The position numbers and the translations under genes are program-made. From Herpetosiphon gulosus (GTDB lineage Bacteria > Chloroflexota > Chloroflexia > Chloroflexales > Herpetosiphonaceae): a stretch of DNA of 64,000 bases. The DNA lies in contig NZ_BAABRU010000004.1 in assembly GCF_039545135.1 (NCBI RefSeq), positions 258,427-322,426 on the forward strand, in the 5' to 3' direction. The notes under the pieces were generated by a model. That model did no database searches. It was not told where the DNA came from and worked only from the letters and a program-made list of their open reading frames with translations. Positions 10,059-20,028 of this stretch are shown piece by piece; within the stretch, counting starts at the first letter, position 1; every line of letters begins with the position of its first letter.

Positions 10059-10097
10059 ACCGGTTCCTTTCTGGCACGTCGTGCGTGCGGATAATGC

Positions 10098-10685
10098 TTA
10101 GCCTTGGCGGGCTAAGTAGGCTTGGATTGCATCCCAGTTGGTATTGATTTGCTCGGGAGTCATCCGTTCAATGGCCGCTTTGGTCAGCGCTGGTGGTCGC
10201 GCCGGATTGGCCGGACTGGTTCCGATTGGTGCAGGCGCAGCCGTTCCACCAGCAGTTGACTTGGCCAAGTAGGGATAGGTCGTGAGCAAGCTGGCAATCG
10301 CGGCATCGAGCGGCTTGGGGTGGCCCTGCTCGTCAAACTCCAGCGTAACCAAGCGCCCGAGCAACCCCGCATCCAGCCCATGGGCCGCAGCGGTTTGCTC
10401 AATCAGCCGAGCGCCGCGCTCGCTGCGCAACGCCGCCCGATCGGCTTCGAGTTGGGTTTCCAACGTGGCCAAGCGTGCCTGCAAATCAGGGATTCCGGCA
10501 TCGGCAGCAGGCTGCGCAACAGGTGGCACAGCAGCGGGTGGTGCAGCTGGCGGCGCAGGCGGAACAACGGGCACAGCAGGCGCGGGACTTGGTGGTGCAG
10601 CAGGTGGTGTGGGATCACCACCACTGCCCCCACCATCATCGGCGCTCAGTAGGCGTTTCGGCATCAGGATTCGAATCATCAGCAT
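10098..10685 (-). CDS. phage scaffolding-like protein
   Basis: Pro/Ala-rich N-terminus followed by a coiled-coil segment (LQARLATLETQLEADRAAL). Located between the portal and capsid genes. Confidence 0.4.
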   Translation of the reverse strand: MLMIRILMPKRLLSADDGGGSGGDPTPPAAPPSPAPAVPVVPPAPPAAPPAAVPPVAQPAADAGIPDLQARLATLETQLEADRAALRSERGARLIEQTAAAHGLDAGLLGRLVTLEFDEQGHPKPLDAAIASLLTTYPYLAKSTAGGTAAPAPIGTSPANPARPPALTKAAIERMTPEQINTNWDAIQAYLARQG

Positions 10686-12009
10686 CTCCTTTGGCTGTCA
10701 GAGGGTCGTGATCGGGCGGCGTTTCGGCCTGCCGTTGTTCGCGTTCATGGGCAGGGTCATAGCCCAGTTGGGTCAAGATGGTGGCTTCACTCACGCCGAG
10801 CGTGCGATCGGCCTGTGCGACGGCGCGTTCGGCCTGTGGGTCAGTCGGCAGCATCGAATCCCACACCACCGTGGTGGTGGTCTCGGGAAAGCCGCCAATC
10901 ATCAGCAAGCGGCGATTGAGTTCACTCAGGAAATCGCCATACAGCATGCGCTTTTGCACGGTCTTTTGCAGCAAGGGGCCATAGAGGATTTGCAAGGCTA
11001 AGCCGCTCAGGTTGCCGAGATCTTCGACTTTGCCTGTGGCAATCTCCGGCGTTTGGGCCACCTCGTGAATACTGCTCTTGATCCGGCTGTGGTGGTCGAG
11101 ACTGGCCGCTAACTCGCTCTGCATCTCAACAATGCTCAGGTCGGCATTGGGCGGAATAAAGACCGTGCGGTCGCGGCCATGCTTGAGCTGCGCGGGGTCC
11201 ATCCCCTTGGCCACGGTGAGCGGCTGGGCATAGAAGCGCACAATCCGTTGTTGGTTGGATAAGGTGAAATCGCCTGCATTGACCAAGGCAATCAGGTCGG
11301 GCGTGATATCCGCCTCACCCCAGTATTCGTTGGGGGCAGCGAGGTTTTGGCTATCGACGATCGGCGGGAAGGGATAGGGCCACGGCGCTTCATGCAGCGT
11401 CTCAAAGGCCTGTTTGTCGGGCTGGCTCCGTTGGTCAAGAATGCGCCAGCCGGTATCGGTGCGCTCGATGCGTTGGCGAATACTGACGAGCACTTCGCGG
11501 TTGCCCTGCCATTCGTAGGCACTGTAGTCAATCAGGTAGCATTCCACCCGATCCAGATCGTCCGCCGCCCAGCGCACGGTCACGGTCGCCGGATCGAGAA
11601 TCACGATGCGCGGCAGCGGCTGCTCGGGATAGATCCGCGCAAAGATGTGGCCACACAGGCTGCCATTGATGCCTTGTTTGTAGAGCCACGTCATCTTTTT
11701 GGCCGCATTCCAGATTCGATCAAGATACTGGATGCGGGGGTCGTCTGGTGGAGCATCGGGCACGCTAAACGCCACCTGATCACCAAACAAGAACGAGACC
11801 GAGGTCTGCACAATCAGCTTAATCAGATTGACCCGTACATTGTCGTTGGGTCGTCCCGCTTCGATCGGCAGCGGGGGCGTATCCTGCTTGCGATAGGCTT
11901 CCCACGCCGCGCGAAACTGCTGCAAGCGCTGAAAATCATCGGCCAAGCGCTGCCCATGCAGGTGCTGGCTAATGATGCTACTGGTGGCGGTTGGTGGAAA
12001 CATACCCAT
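10636..12009 (-). CDS. phage portal protein
   Basis: About 458 aa directly downstream of the terminase large subunit. The chosen start ATG (MGMFPPTATS...) lies 13 nt after the terminase stop and is preceded by AGGA. The ORF track extends further to 12216, overlapping the terminase. Confidence 0.65.
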   Translation of the reverse strand: MGMFPPTATSSIISQHLHGQRLADDFQRLQQFRAAWEAYRKQDTPPLPIEAGRPNDNVRVNLIKLIVQTSVSFLFGDQVAFSVPDAPPDDPRIQYLDRIWNAAKKMTWLYKQGINGSLCGHIFARIYPEQPLPRIVILDPATVTVRWAADDLDRVECYLIDYSAYEWQGNREVLVSIRQRIERTDTGWRILDQRSQPDKQAFETLHEAPWPYPFPPIVDSQNLAAPNEYWGEADITPDLIALVNAGDFTLSNQQRIVRFYAQPLTVAKGMDPAQLKHGRDRTVFIPPNADLSIVEMQSELAASLDHHSRIKSSIHEVAQTPEIATGKVEDLGNLSGLALQILYGPLLQKTVQKRMLYGDFLSELNRRLLMIGGFPETTTTVVWDSMLPTDPQAERAVAQADRTLGVSEATILTQLGYDPAHEREQRQAETPPDHDPLTAKGDADDSNPDAETPTERR

Positions 12010-12022
12010 TCCTGCTGCTTTC

Positions 12023-13555
12023 TTACCAAAGACTTGGGCCAAAACTGACGATCGGGGCGGGCGCATAGGCCAAATTGACCGCATCCATGCCATCGGGACT
12101 GCGCTTAATCCGTTTCTTGGTGTCGGCTTTTGGCTCGACCACCCGCCGACCCTGACTATCTTGCTTCCACGTGGGAGCCATCGCTTGGCGACGCAGCTCG
12201 CGGCGTGTTTCCGCATCGAGCGCGACGAAGCTCAGGCGTTGCTCGATCGCCCGTTCGGCCACACTGAACCATAATTCGCTGCGGCGATTGGGATATTTCT
12301 CAGGATCGTAGGCTGTGCGTGCCCCACTGACTCCGAGGAAGGTATAGCCGTCGGCGAGATCGACCACGCCGCCGCCGATGCCGTCATCGTCGATTTTGAT
12401 CGCCACGGCGCGGCCATCGACCCCACACCGTCGTCCATATTCGTTGGCCAACTGCTTCAAGCGGCCTGCGGTTTCGACCGTGCTCCAGCCGTTGGCTGCT
12501 TCGTGGTAGAGACTGTGGCCACCACGGCGCACATGAATCTCGGTAAAGTCATCGCCATAGCGGGCCACATCACAGCCCAGCTCGCACGGCTCGTCACTCG
12601 CAGGCAACAACAGGCTTTCTGCCACCTGAAACGCGCCATCGCTCCAGACATTGTTGGTCGCCTGCGATGGCCAACGGCCCAACAATCGCGCTTCGGCGAT
12701 CGGTCCAGGCCGATACCAGGCATCGCGCCAATGAATATCCGTGGCCCGTTTTGGTTCTTCGGGGCTGAGTGCGCGACACCACTTTTTGAGCAAGGTATCG
12801 ACGCGGCTCAGGCGAATCGCCGAGGGAAACGGCGGCGGCAAGCCCTGCAATTCGGCCAGAATGTTGGGATGCTCGAGCACGCTCATCGAAATGACATGCC
12901 AGCCCCCACTCAATTCCTCACCATAGGCTTGCGAGCTGGTATCGGTCGGATTGAAAATCGCCAGCCATGCGCCGCCCTCGTTGAACATCGATTCGGCGGT
13001 TTCCCAAAACACGCTAGCCACGCCCACCGCCTCGTCAAAGATGAACAGGGTATGCGGCGAGTGATGGCCTTGAAACGAATCGCCATCTTTGGCCGTGAAG
13101 CCATGGGCGAAATGGTCGGGTGTACTCTCCAAGCGCGGCGACTTGGGGCCAGTAAAGCCCGCGCGTCCACGCCGCTGCATGCGCACTTCCTTCCAAAGCA
13201 GGTCACGCACTTGGCGATCGGTGGGGGCGGTTGTCAGCACCAGCCCCGGGTCAAAACTGTCGTACCACCAGTTGACTAAGCCGCCGCCAAGGTGGGTTTT
13301 GCCAACCTTATGGCAGGCTTTGACCAACGTGCGATACGGCGGCGTGAGCAACGACCGCGCGATCAGTTCCTGCTTTGACCACCAGACTTCCCCTAACACC
13401 TCCCGCGCATAGGCCACCGGATCATGGGCATAGGGCAAGACCGTGCGTTTCCCGCCAACGGCAAGGCTAAGATCGGAAAACAGGGAACTCCAGAGCGTGT
13501 CGCGCTTGGAGGGTAGCGAGGATGCGTTGTTTGGTCGATTCATCTGCCTCTCCAA
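12023..13555 (-). CDS. phage terminase large subunit
   Basis: 510 aa with an N-terminal ATPase Walker-A-like motif (VKACHKVGKTH) and a C-terminal nuclease-like region with conserved acidic residues. Followed by the portal gene. Confidence 0.75.
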   Translation of the reverse strand: MERQMNRPNNASSLPSKRDTLWSSLFSDLSLAVGGKRTVLPYAHDPVAYAREVLGEVWWSKQELIARSLLTPPYRTLVKACHKVGKTHLGGGLVNWWYDSFDPGLVLTTAPTDRQVRDLLWKEVRMQRRGRAGFTGPKSPRLESTPDHFAHGFTAKDGDSFQGHHSPHTLFIFDEAVGVASVFWETAESMFNEGGAWLAIFNPTDTSSQAYGEELSGGWHVISMSVLEHPNILAELQGLPPPFPSAIRLSRVDTLLKKWCRALSPEEPKRATDIHWRDAWYRPGPIAEARLLGRWPSQATNNVWSDGAFQVAESLLLPASDEPCELGCDVARYGDDFTEIHVRRGGHSLYHEAANGWSTVETAGRLKQLANEYGRRCGVDGRAVAIKIDDDGIGGGVVDLADGYTFLGVSGARTAYDPEKYPNRRSELWFSVAERAIEQRLSFVALDAETRRELRRQAMAPTWKQDSQGRRVVEPKADTKKRIKRSPDGMDAVNLAYAPAPIVSFGPSLW

Positions 13556-13994
13556 TCGCCGTCAGCACCGCCTGTTGGAAGCGGCGCACTTCATCAACAT
13601 CGACCAACAACTTGAGAATGGCCAAACTGGTTTTGATGTGTTCGCGCACTTCACGTAGCGCGGCCACATGCACGGCAATCGGCGTGCGGCTGGTGTACTC
13701 GCCATCGACTTCGACAATGCCCATTTCGAGCTTGCTCACCAGATCGAGCGCCCGTTGATAGTTGTCACTGAGGGCCGCACGACTATCCCACAGCGACGAG
13801 CCAGCCCGCTCGACGACCGCCGCATGCTGCATGAGCGTCGGCGCGGTCGCCGTCGGCAGTGATTCGAAAAAGCGCTGCACCGTGCTGACCGACAAGCCGA
13901 AGTCCCGCGCGATCTGGCGTTGGCTCGATCCCGCTTTGGCAGCGGCTAAAAGCTGGTTGGCAAGCTCATCGGTAATCGTGCTTTTGCGTCCCAT
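13467..13994 (-). CDS. terminase small subunit-like HTH protein
   Basis: N-terminal helix-turn-helix (SQRQIARDFGLSVSTVQRF) immediately upstream of the large terminase. Confidence 0.45.
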   Translation of the reverse strand: MGRKSTITDELANQLLAAAKAGSSQRQIARDFGLSVSTVQRFFESLPTATAPTLMQHAAVVERAGSSLWDSRAALSDNYQRALDLVSKLEMGIVEVDGEYTSRTPIAVHVAALREVREHIKTSLAILKLLVDVDEVRRFQQAVLTAIGEADESTKQRILATLQARHALEFPVFRS

Positions 13995-14046
13995 GGCAGC
14001 CTCAGGTGATTCGCTAGTGATTCGAAATTGATTCGAAATGCATGAA

Positions 14047-14328
14047 TTAGTGATTCGAAATGGGTGACGCAGGCAACAGCGCCACCAACCGCAGCAGCCG
14101 TTGGCGCACGGCCTGCACCTCGGTCGCCAGCGTCTCGACCTGCTGGAGCACCGCTTCGAGTTGCGCTCGTGTGACCGTGGCCACCGGACGGTCTCCGCGT
14201 TTTTTGAGCAAGCGATGGGCTTGGTCTTTACTCAGGCCCGCCATCCGCCCCGCTGCACTCGCATTGCCACTGGCATCGTAGGCCTGCCAAAACAGCGTGA
14301 TTTGGTCAGCCGGAAGGCGACGGGGCAT
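14047..14328 (-). CDS. small HTH DNA-binding protein
   Basis: Probable start MPRRLPADQITLF.... Motif GRMAGLSKDQAHRLLKKRG. The ORF track gives a longer form ending at 14400. Confidence 0.35.
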   Translation of the reverse strand: MPRRLPADQITLFWQAYDASGNASAAGRMAGLSKDQAHRLLKKRGDRPVATVTRAQLEAVLQQVETLATEVQAVRQRLLRLVALLPASPISNH

Positions 14329-14439
14329 AGCGAACACTCCTTGAAATTGATGCGGTGGGGCGGGGGAACACAGCCATTCTGCTGCTCTAGCCCCGCCCAC
14401 GGCGCAGCCGCACCGCCGCTGATCGTCGCCAAGGCGACA

Positions 14440-15192
14440 TTAGGGGTGGGTTTTCCACCACTGTTTCAACCGTTCCACGTCTTCGGTAAACAACCATTCG
14501 ATGCTGCCGTGGGGCGTAAAGCGTGCGCCGCTGCGCTCGAAGAGTTGATACTGATGGCCATCAGGATGGCGAAAGAAGGGAGTCAGGGCATAGCCCGGGG
14601 CAAACTGCGTGGGATGCCACAGACCACCACTGCTTTGCCATGCCACTTTGAGTTCAAGCGCCACCGGATAGGTTCCCGCAGGTTGGACTGGGGCGATCAG
14701 GGCCGCTCGCCAGTCATAGAAGCTGCGATCCGTCCAGTCGGAAGGATCGGGCTTGCGTCCCGCAGGGAGCGCCACAAAGCGATGGGTTTCAATCGCGCCG
14801 AGCACGATCGCCCAGTCCGCCATCAGGCGTTGGCAGAGCCATGCGAGGGCCGCGCGTTGCTCGGGAGTCCATGCCTCGCCAACGGCGTGATGGCATTCGA
14901 TGCCAATCGAGCGACTGTTGATCCAGTCATCCTTGGCGGCTCCGGCATGCCATGCGCGATAGATCGGCGGCAGAATCTCGGCAATCTGGCCGCGTTGGCC
15001 AACCAAATAATGCGCACCCACGCCGCTACTGGCTTCCAAGTAGTTGGCTTCGGCTTCAAAGCTACTGCCCCGATTGCCATTGGTCGTGTGAATCACGACG
15101 GAGCTGGGTTTGATGCCTTTGGGGCGATAATCCCAGCCCGTGCCAACCGGGCGGTGATGTTTGCGCCAGCGCAGATCGATCACGAAGGTCAT
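14440..15192 (-). CDS. N-acetylmuramoyl-L-alanine amidase (Amidase_2/PGRP-type endolysin)
   Basis: VVIHTTNGNRGSSFEAEANYL...AWHAGA... pattern of zinc amidase_2 endolysins, downstream of holin-like genes. Confidence 0.75.
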   Translation of the reverse strand: MTFVIDLRWRKHHRPVGTGWDYRPKGIKPSSVVIHTTNGNRGSSFEAEANYLEASSGVGAHYLVGQRGQIAEILPPIYRAWHAGAAKDDWINSRSIGIECHHAVGEAWTPEQRAALAWLCQRLMADWAIVLGAIETHRFVALPAGRKPDPSDWTDRSFYDWRAALIAPVQPAGTYPVALELKVAWQSSGGLWHPTQFAPGYALTPFFRHPDGHQYQLFERSGARFTPHGSIEWLFTEDVERLKQWWKTHP

Positions 15193-15557
15193 GACGTGGG
15201 TGCTCCAAAATGCTTCTGATATTCGGCATGCAACAGGTCAACAAGAAACTTGGGATCAAAGCGCAGGCCCAGCTCGTTCAGATAGCGACTTGCCGCCTCC
15301 ACGCCCTTGGCTTCGATTTGGTGACGCACCCCATCCGGTGTAATGCCATAGCTTTGGGCCACCCGCAGGCCGACCTTGATCGCGCTATAGAGGGTGTCCC
15401 GCTCTTCGCGACTGAGTAGCGCGGTGGCCTTATCTTCCAGCGCCCGCGCGATGCGGCGACCGATCCGCGCGGCGACGGCGAGCGCCAGCGGCACAAGCAC
15501 GGCGAGCAGCAGCTGCACAAGGGTACTCAACAAACTGGCGGAAACAGTGGTGGTCAT
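15189..15557 (-). CDS. holin-like membrane protein
   Basis: 122 aa with an N-terminal hydrophobic helix (LLSTLVQLLLAVLVPLALAVAA); 4-nt overlap with the amidase gene. Confidence 0.45.
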   Translation of the reverse strand: MTTTVSASLLSTLVQLLLAVLVPLALAVAARIGRRIARALEDKATALLSREERDTLYSAIKVGLRVAQSYGITPDGVRHQIEAKGVEAASRYLNELGLRFDPKFLVDLLHAEYQKHFGAPTS

Positions 15558-15916
15558 ACGGTCTCTCCTTTTTTGCTGGGGCGTGGCCGCGTGCTCGGAT
15601 TGGGACTGGGGCGCGGCTGCCGGAAAAAGCCAAACAACTCGGCCAACAACTGGGTATGGACTTCTTGCCCTTCGCGCAGGCGGCTCATTTCGTCCGACAC
15701 CACCTCCAGTGTGTGCTTCAGTCCCGTCATGGCGGCAGTGTTGTCGATAAAGGCGGTCAAGACCTTGGCTTCGGCTTGGGCTTCGGCCTTGCGGCGTTGG
15801 GCCACAAGGTCAGGACGCAGGCGTTCTTTGAGTAACGGCCAGACTTCGCGGTAGAGGAACCACCCCACCAGAAAGAGGCTGGGGCCATACACTTTGAGCA
15901 AGTCTCCTTCGGTCAT
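15554..15916 (-). CDS. small membrane protein (holin/antiholin-like)
   Basis: Starts MTEGDLLKVYGPSLFLVGWFLY...; one transmembrane segment followed by a coiled tail. Overlaps the holin gene. Confidence 0.35.
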   Translation of the reverse strand: MTEGDLLKVYGPSLFLVGWFLYREVWPLLKERLRPDLVAQRRKAEAQAEAKVLTAFIDNTAAMTGLKHTLEVVSDEMSRLREGQEVHTQLLAELFGFFRQPRPSPNPSTRPRPSKKGETV

Positions 15917-16033
15917 GGGCGGTTCCTCCAACGGGCATAAAAAAAGCGGCCACCAACCCTCAGCTGAGGGTTGATAGCCGCGTCTCGTAACTACTGACTA
16001 TCCGAATGATTCGATTGTTGCTGCTATGGCACT

Positions 16034-16471
16034 CTAGGCCGCAGCGGATGGACGACGAAGGACTTTGGGCACATCGATGGGTGCAACAATGGGCGCATGA
16101 TACAGGGTCAGGGCTGCTTCGGTATAGCGATGGCGACTAAAGGTCATCTCGCCTTCGATATACAGTGTGCCGCTGCCGCTCAGGAATTTCAGGGCCAGCG
16201 CATCAACGCGGGATTCGAACTCGTGATTGCTTTCGCCAGGGCGAATCCGATAAGTAAAGCGTGCGCCGCACAGCCGTCGCTGCGGAGATGTGCTGGGTAA
16301 TGCTGCGTTCGGATCGGGTGGTGTTCCCCACACAAAGTACTTGGTGCCAAATTCCGTTGCATCCGCATCCGGATCGCCATAGATGGTGCGTAGCGTCTCT
16401 GGAAGCATATCCCCTCCTCGGTGGGGAAATAAAAAACGCCCCGATGTGTTGCACACATCGTAGGCGGTCAT
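16034..16471 (-). CDS. hypothetical protein (prophage cargo)
   Basis: 145-aa ORF between the lysis cassette and the AT-rich defence island. No motif; the start is uncertain. Confidence 0.3.
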   Translation of the reverse strand: MTAYDVCNTSGRFLFPHRGGDMLPETLRTIYGDPDADATEFGTKYFVWGTPPDPNAALPSTSPQRRLCGARFTYRIRPGESNHEFESRVDALALKFLSGSGTLYIEGEMTFSRHRYTEAALTLYHAPIVAPIDVPKVLRRPSAAA

Positions 16472-16532
16472 CCGTCCTTACGGTACGAATACTATACCAG
16501 TAGTCATAAATAGTTGTCAAGTATCATTAAGT

Positions 16533-17495
16533 TCATGGGTTCAAGATAAAATTTACAACATCTACTGGAAATTCTTCTTGATCTTGAAGATAATAAGTTA
16601 TCCATGTGCTAATACTTTGCTTAAATCTGAGATCCTTTTTTGGCATCAAAGCCTTGTTCGCTTCCGTCTGAGGACTTTCTAAACAAACATTATAGACACA
16701 TTGTGCAAATATAACCCATAGTAAATTAATACCTACGTGTCCATGACAAATCCACCTTAATACTGACGGATCTGTATTATGTACAATATTTTGATATTTA
16801 TCAAAAGAATCTTTTATTTTCTGAATATTTTCAATCGAAAATCCGTTGTTTCTTAAATTTTCCACAAAAATTTCCATATTAAATGATATCTTATCATCTG
16901 ATATATTAAAACAATTAAATGTTATTTGATTAGAAGTTCTATCTATATTATCTGATTCACAACAAACAAAACTTAAAATACAAACATTTACCAATATTGA
17001 AGCGAAAATTTTATTGAATTTAATTGAAGCATCATATCTATATCTAGTATCAGTTATATCTTGAAATACTGATTTTAATATTCTTATATTAAATAGATAA
17101 TTTTCAATAGAATGACCTCTAGACCAAATAATTATACCGTCTCTGTAATGTTTATTAATTTCATCAGTAATCTTTGAGTCAATAGTAAAATTCCTGAATT
17201 CCCTATCAACAAATCCTAAGACTTTCCCTGAACTAATCTTCTCTTCTATTAACTTACAGGCTAATTCAACTTTCATCCTATTACCGTGGACTTCATTTCC
17301 TGAGTTAGAGAACATTTCAGCAGTATCAATAAATATATCTTCTGCTATTGATTCATCTTCTTGGATTTCAGATATGGTATGAATTATCTTCTTAAATGCA
17401 TTCCAATCACTACTACCTTCTACTAGTAAATGTTTTTTATAAGAACTAAACTTTATATAAACAGGATACTCATTTATTTTCATGGGTATTGTCAT
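16533..17495 (-). CDS. AriB-like DUF4435/TOPRIM nuclease (PARIS effector candidate), 320 aa
   Basis: N-terminal HLLVEGSSD motif (the VEGxxD of OLD-type TOPRIM/DUF4435) and a downstream acidic cluster (GFVDREF). About 28 percent GC; 46 nt downstream of an ABC-ATPase gene on the same strand. Confidence 0.6.
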   Translation of the reverse strand: MTIPMKINEYPVYIKFSSYKKHLLVEGSSDWNAFKKIIHTISEIQEDESIAEDIFIDTAEMFSNSGNEVHGNRMKVELACKLIEEKISSGKVLGFVDREFRNFTIDSKITDEINKHYRDGIIIWSRGHSIENYLFNIRILKSVFQDITDTRYRYDASIKFNKIFASILVNVCILSFVCCESDNIDRTSNQITFNCFNISDDKISFNMEIFVENLRNNGFSIENIQKIKDSFDKYQNIVHNTDPSVLRWICHGHVGINLLWVIFAQCVYNVCLESPQTEANKALMPKKDLRFKQSISTWITYYLQDQEEFPVDVVNFILNP

Positions 17496-17541
17496 ATTTT
17501 ATTCCTTTATGGTATTAATTATAAGATTTAAATTTTCAATC

Positions 17542-18882
17542 TTATAATGAGAAGCTAATCTGTCCATGATTTTTATCATATGGTATTTTCTTTATTTCAT
17601 TCATATTATCTATATAGTCTGAAGCTATAAAAGGTGAATGTGTACAAACTATTATTTGTTTATCTCCCATTAACTTTGATATTTTATGTAATAATAATCT
17701 CTGCCAATCAACATGAAGAGATATTTCTGGTTCATCAATAAGGACAACATTCTGTTTGCTCATATAAGTTGTTGCATAAAGAAGTGTTATTATTTGCCTT
17801 TCTCCAGATGATAGTGATTGCAATGGTGCATATGTTTTGTCATTAAATGATGCAACAACTGAGAAATCTATATCATCGTCAATTATCTCAATTTTTTTAT
17901 CTTCCAGAAAGTTATTTACTGCATTTAAATATATTTCTATTTCTTTTAGTGATTTTTTTTGAATATATGCCCTCTCTTTTAATATATCTCTATAAACATT
18001 AAGAATTTTAGCAGTCATAACCTTAGAATCATAATCTACTTGTACTTCTTGTACTTCATTAACCAATCTACGTAATCTCATAATAAAACTATCTGTACTA
18101 TTATGAGGAGTTTGAATAAATGAATCTTCGATACTATCAGAAATTTTCTTTATTTCTTCAAGAATTTCACTTGGTTCTTCTTGTACTTGTAAATGATCTT
18201 TAGATAAAGTGTTAAATATTTCTAAAAAAGCTTGTGTTAATAACTTTTGTTCAGTATCAGCAATTTTTATTCTAGCTCTATATATCTCATAATCTAATCT
18301 CGCCTCTATTTCTATTGGGGAGGGGTAGTATATTTTTGGTACAAATTCACCAAAAGAACTACGTGCAAACTCTGTTAATGTATCTTTTTGCTCTAATCTT
18401 TTTTTACTAACAATTGATCGAGATATTAATCTTACATAATCTGATTTTCTTTTTTTTGTATTTGAGACAGGATTATTCTTACTTATCCATGCCTCAATCA
18501 TTGTTCTAAATGCTGGAAAATAAGCAATGCTTAATAAAGGTGAATCTAATGATGAATTTTTTGGTATATATGAATCAAATTTCTGTGAAGAAAATGATAG
18601 AGTGTTTTTTTCATTTTTATATACTTTTATAATATTTTCATCTGATAAGAATATTATCCTAATTGTTTCATCATTACTCAACAAAACTTTTATTTCTTTG
18701 AAGTCAATAAAACGAAATCTATCAAATTCTTCATTAATTAAGTTTGTTAAGATATGTAATATTGTAGTTTTACCTGCACCATTTTTTCCATATAAAATGT
18801 TAATCCCATCATCAAAGTTTTGAATAATATTATATCTATTATGAATACCATAAGCTTCTAAACGCTTGATATATGTAGACAT
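17542..18882 (-). CDS. AriA-like ABC ATPase (PARIS sensor candidate), 446 aa
   Basis: Walker A (LYGKNGAGKTTILH), signature-like LSSGERQ, Walker B (VVLIDEPEISLH) and H-loop (VCTHSP). Very AT-rich (about 27 percent GC). Confidence 0.65.
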   Translation of the reverse strand: MSTYIKRLEAYGIHNRYNIIQNFDDGINILYGKNGAGKTTILHILTNLINEEFDRFRFIDFKEIKVLLSNDETIRIIFLSDENIIKVYKNEKNTLSFSSQKFDSYIPKNSSLDSPLLSIAYFPAFRTMIEAWISKNNPVSNTKKRKSDYVRLISRSIVSKKRLEQKDTLTEFARSSFGEFVPKIYYPSPIEIEARLDYEIYRARIKIADTEQKLLTQAFLEIFNTLSKDHLQVQEEPSEILEEIKKISDSIEDSFIQTPHNSTDSFIMRLRRLVNEVQEVQVDYDSKVMTAKILNVYRDILKERAYIQKKSLKEIEIYLNAVNNFLEDKKIEIIDDDIDFSVVASFNDKTYAPLQSLSSGERQIITLLYATTYMSKQNVVLIDEPEISLHVDWQRLLLHKISKLMGDKQIIVCTHSPFIASDYIDNMNEIKKIPYDKNHGQISFSL

Positions 18883-18935
18883 AGATTTTATTCCTTATCT
18901 AATAAATTGAACTAACCTTATCCTATCATAGGTTT

Positions 18936-19958
18936 CTAGTCTTTTATAGCGACAAATGGTACGTGCAAGGCATCAGCCGCAGCTTGTTTGGCTCGCTCAC
19001 CCCGCCGATCATAGCGGCTGGTGGTGTTGGCGTTGCTGTGGCCAGCCAGCCGAGCAACGGTCAAGACATCGGTTCCGGCATCGAGTTGATCACTAATAAA
19101 CGTTCGTCGAATATCGTGTGGGCTGAAATGCCGCACATTCGCTTCTTTGCCACGTCGCTGGCACAAGATATAAATCGCCTGATCACTGAGGCGCTCATAC
19201 ATCTGGCCTGCCACACCACCAGCTTGTAACCGCCAAAACAGTGGCCCTGATTCATCGCCACGCACCGCCAGCCACTCGTCGAGCGCATCACGCGCACCAC
19301 CCCGCACATACGCCGTCCGTACTTTATTGCCCTTCCCGCGAATCGTCAGCATCGCTGTTTCAGGATTGAAGTCGGCCAGATCGAGGTTGACGATCTCCGC
19401 CCGACGCAAACCGCCAGCGGCATAGGCCAGTGCCAAAATTGCTGCATCACGCCGCCCAACGGGGGATGTATCAGCAGCACATGCGGCAAATAAGGCGCGG
19501 AGTTCGGCAGCGGTGAGCGATCGGCCCGCAGCGGCATCGGGTGCGTTCCCTCTGACCGTTTTGAGATCAACCGCTCGCGTGTAGTCTTCCCCTGTCATCA
19601 AGCCCATACGCCACGCCATCTTCAGCACCCCGCGCAAGGCCGAGAGCATGAGGTTGGCGGTGGACGCTGATTTGCTGCTGGCGAGTTTGGCCCACAAAGC
19701 TTGGGTATGTTCAACCCGCAGCTGTGACCATGGAACCGCATGCGCATCGGCAAAGCCCATGATTGTCGCGAGGCTATGCAACTGCTTTTGCATCGTGCGT
19801 TGGCTATTGGCACTTTGCAGACTGGCGATATAGGCAATGAAAGGGTTGGTAGTTGATTGGATTGCGGTTGGCGTGGTTGCTACAAGGGTGGTTAATGTGG
19901 TTGAAAAATCATCGTGCATGCTCGACTCTCCAGCGGTTTGTATAATGTGCATTATCAT
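18936..19958 (-). CDS. tyrosine recombinase/phage integrase
   Basis: C-terminal catalytic signature: ...R..., HDIRRTF (HxxR) and AGHSNANTTSRYDRR (nucleophilic Tyr). 340 aa. Confidence 0.8.
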   Translation of the reverse strand: MIMHIIQTAGESSMHDDFSTTLTTLVATTPTAIQSTTNPFIAYIASLQSANSQRTMQKQLHSLATIMGFADAHAVPWSQLRVEHTQALWAKLASSKSASTANLMLSALRGVLKMAWRMGLMTGEDYTRAVDLKTVRGNAPDAAAGRSLTAAELRALFAACAADTSPVGRRDAAILALAYAAGGLRRAEIVNLDLADFNPETAMLTIRGKGNKVRTAYVRGGARDALDEWLAVRGDESGPLFWRLQAGGVAGQMYERLSDQAIYILCQRRGKEANVRHFSPHDIRRTFISDQLDAGTDVLTVARLAGHSNANTTSRYDRRGERAKQAAADALHVPFVAIKD

Positions 19959-20028
19959 AACCGTTTCGCGCTAAAAAAACATCCGCCAACAGCCTGATTT
20001 GAACTGCTGGCGGGTCATCCATCATCGA

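Noticed and set aside
9183-10094. 303-aa + ORF, along with + ORFs at 10282..11001, 11347..12048, 12503..13279 and 14101..15219
   Set aside because: They are antisense to the capsid, scaffold, portal, terminase and amidase genes, all of which have clear protein-family signatures on the minus strand.
18527-18823. 98-aa + ORF inside the AriA-like gene
   Set aside because: Antisense to the ATPase in extremely AT-rich DNA, where long ORFs arise by chance; no motif.
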